From Amoebophrya sp. A120 (lineage: Eukaryota > Protista > Dinoflagellata), in assembly GCA_905178155.1 (NCBI GenBank), contig CAJINV010000010.1:1992778-2056777 (forward strand): a stretch of 64,000 nucleotides of DNA, read 5' to 3'. The notes beneath the pieces are model-generated. The model searched no databases and had not been told where the DNA came from. It was given only the letters and a program-made list of their open reading frames with translations. Position numbers and translations under genes: made by a program. Below are positions 62,201 through 64,000 of the stretch, piece after piece; position 1 is the stretch's first letter; each line of letters starts with the position of its first letter.

Positions 62201-64000
62201 CTACAGGCGGTTTGTCATGCTGTTTTAGCTATAGCGTAGATGTCTGTCATGCTAAGCGCCTAGGCCAAAATTTGTCTACTCAGGCTTAGTATCATGGGCC
62301 TGCAGTCCTCGTCAGCAAGACAAATCTGATCTGTGTGCGCAAATCCAGCATCAGAAACTTCGTTTGGATATGGGGAGGGGGGATTTTTCATTCTGATAAC
62401 CAGATTGATGACCTCCACTCGAGTCGTTATTTCTCTGGAAGTAGAACAGCGAGCACCCGCAGAGCCCCGTCATCAGGTAAATCACGCAACCCCACATGGT
62501 GGTGAAGGACTGCGCCCACTTGCAGATCGCCTCGTTCCAGTATTTCCCCTTCGCCATCAGGGTGACTTTCTCAAGATTCGCCCGACAGAACGCCTCTTCT
62601 TTTTGAAAAGCCTGGATGGTTTCCAAGCCCTTCAAGCAATCTACGTACTCGGAGTAGACCGGAGAATGCGCGACGGACTCGATTCTTCGTGTGTCGCGAG
62701 CGGGGGACCGGATCTTCTTGAAGATAAACAGGTAGGGGACAGGGTATGAAGTTGCAGAGAGTGCACATGATGATCATCTCTCCCTCGTCTTGATGTTCCT
62801 CCGCATTTATGATCAACATCCATCGAAACCGCAGTTCCACTCGTTGCCTTTTGGATAACTTGGCACTTCTTGCATTACAGATTTCTCCAGGCGAAACAGT
62901 ACATACTACAAATTTGTGACGCAGGAGAGGCTGCACTTTTGCTGCCGCTATTCAGTTCTTGTTGCCAACTTCATACAAATGCGTGGGAGAGCAGGCACAA
63001 GGACGACGAGTTGTGCACTACAACCAAACATCTCATACAACCAAAACCGGGAAGAGCACTAGCACCAGCGGGCAGTAGGTGAAGATCAGGATCAACTGCG
63101 TCAGCATGGTCATGGTGTTCTGGACCTGCTGCGTCAAAATCTGCGGCACGAAGTTGTCAATGTTTTGCACGTCCTGAAGGAAGCGGTTCAAAATCCTCCC
63201 TGTGGGCGTGATGTCGAAGAAGTTCAGCGGGGCTTTTAGAAGCGAATTCAGCATCTTGTCGTGCATGAACACCGACGCCCGGAGGCTGCAAATGGTGAGG
63301 GCGAGGGTCTGGGTCGCCGCGATGATAGACCCGGTAAAATTGATCAGGATGTAGATTAACAAGTACTCGAGTTGGTTGTTCACTGAAAGATCGGTGGTGG
63401 CGCCGGTCTCAATAGGAGATAATCTTCGCTGATCCAGCACGCTAGAAGGCGTGATCTCCGTCACTTCAGTTTCCGTCGCAGGAACATCATTGCCCAGAGG
63501 GTCTTTGAAGAGGGCAGAGCTGAAATCAAAATCCCAGAAGAAGTGGCCCCCGGCAACTACCGCGGCTGCACCAATGCGTGCAGGAGAAGCTAGGTGCTCA
63601 TCACTGTTGAAAGTGTTAGTCATCGCCAGATCTTCCGCTGCTCCGACTTCTCTGTTTGTCCCGAGGACAACTTTAACCTTGTTCGAGTTGGCCCAAAAGG
63701 TCAAGAAGATGTTCGCTGCGACAGAGGACAACGCGGATAAGACCAGCAGGACGAAGAGAAAAAAGTTCGTCAGTTTCGTGCCGAAAGCGGACAAGTAAAA
63801 CTTCAAGTCCTGAACCGGGATCGAACCGGAAAACCGGGTTTCCTCCTCACTCCCGAGGAGTAAATGGTTCACCCGCTGAATCAACCGGGAAGACACCCTG
63901 TGCCCGTCCATGGTTTGCAGTATCGAGGTGATTTGCTCCACGCATTCGGAGAGGAAAACTTTGTGCCTTTCCGCGTTTTGCTGCAGCTCGCGAGTGTGCA
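59276..64000 (-). CDS. ABCC (MRP-type) ABC transporter, C-terminal half (TMD2 + NBD2), 5' partial
   Basis: FFDITPTGRILNRF, ESVAHSPVYS..LKGLETIQAF, EQNFVSVERCAEY, Walker A GRSGSGKSS, spliced signature FSVGEKQLFAVARAL, LLLCDEATANID. Confidence 0.93.
59523..59807. mobile_element. TIR introner family G
   Basis: DR CCTTT. Confidence 0.9.
59851..60065. mobile_element. TIR introner family H
   Basis: DR TCCTC/TCGTC. Confidence 0.88.
60163..60421. mobile_element. TIR introner family A, inside the ABC signature
   Basis: DR CTTTT; removal gives FSVGEKQLF. Confidence 0.92.
61247..61461. mobile_element. TIR introner family H
   Basis: DR ATGGA. Confidence 0.9.
61908..62025. mobile_element. TIR introner family I (opposite orientation to 1652)
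   Basis: DR TAGAG. Confidence 0.9.
62075..62398. mobile_element. TIR introner family C
   Basis: DR ACCAG. Confidence 0.9.
62745..63037. mobile_element. Degenerate TIR introner, family D-like
   Basis: TATGA...TCATA ends; removal plus 5 nt gives VLVVPYLFIFKK. Confidence 0.7.

Noticed and set aside
645-63037. Reading the genes as TE-disrupted pseudogenes
   Set aside because: Catalytic and signature motifs are intact and frames are restored precisely at the junctions tested

Overview
Eukaryotic protist DNA, most consistent with the syndinian dinoflagellate parasite Amoebophrya; this is inferred from architecture, with no search run. All nine well-supported genes lie on the minus strand: TRAPPC8, a predicted membrane protein, EMC7, a (6-4) photolyase/cryptochrome, a ZIP zinc transporter, a ~3000 aa low-complexity protein, a large TM-anchored protein, a CCDC81-like protein and an ABCC transporter. 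I hand-delimited 71 introner-like elements of 115-354 bp in these genes, from at least 11 recurring terminal-inverted-repeat (TIR) families plus singletons. Nearly all begin TA(T) and end (A)TA and are flanked by a 5-nt direct repeat (DR). Wherever tested, removing the element plus one DR restores the conserved reading frame, usually with no possible GT-AG junction. The elements occur in both orientations relative to transcription, and unrelated families share one internal motif, GCAT(G/T/C)ACA(A/G). In CCDC81, GT-AG introns that look like converted introners sit beside intact elements. Other observations: a PIP-box-like photolyase tail, a 54-bp DR-flanked insert, a ~400-bp local duplication and a GC/CpG-rich island.
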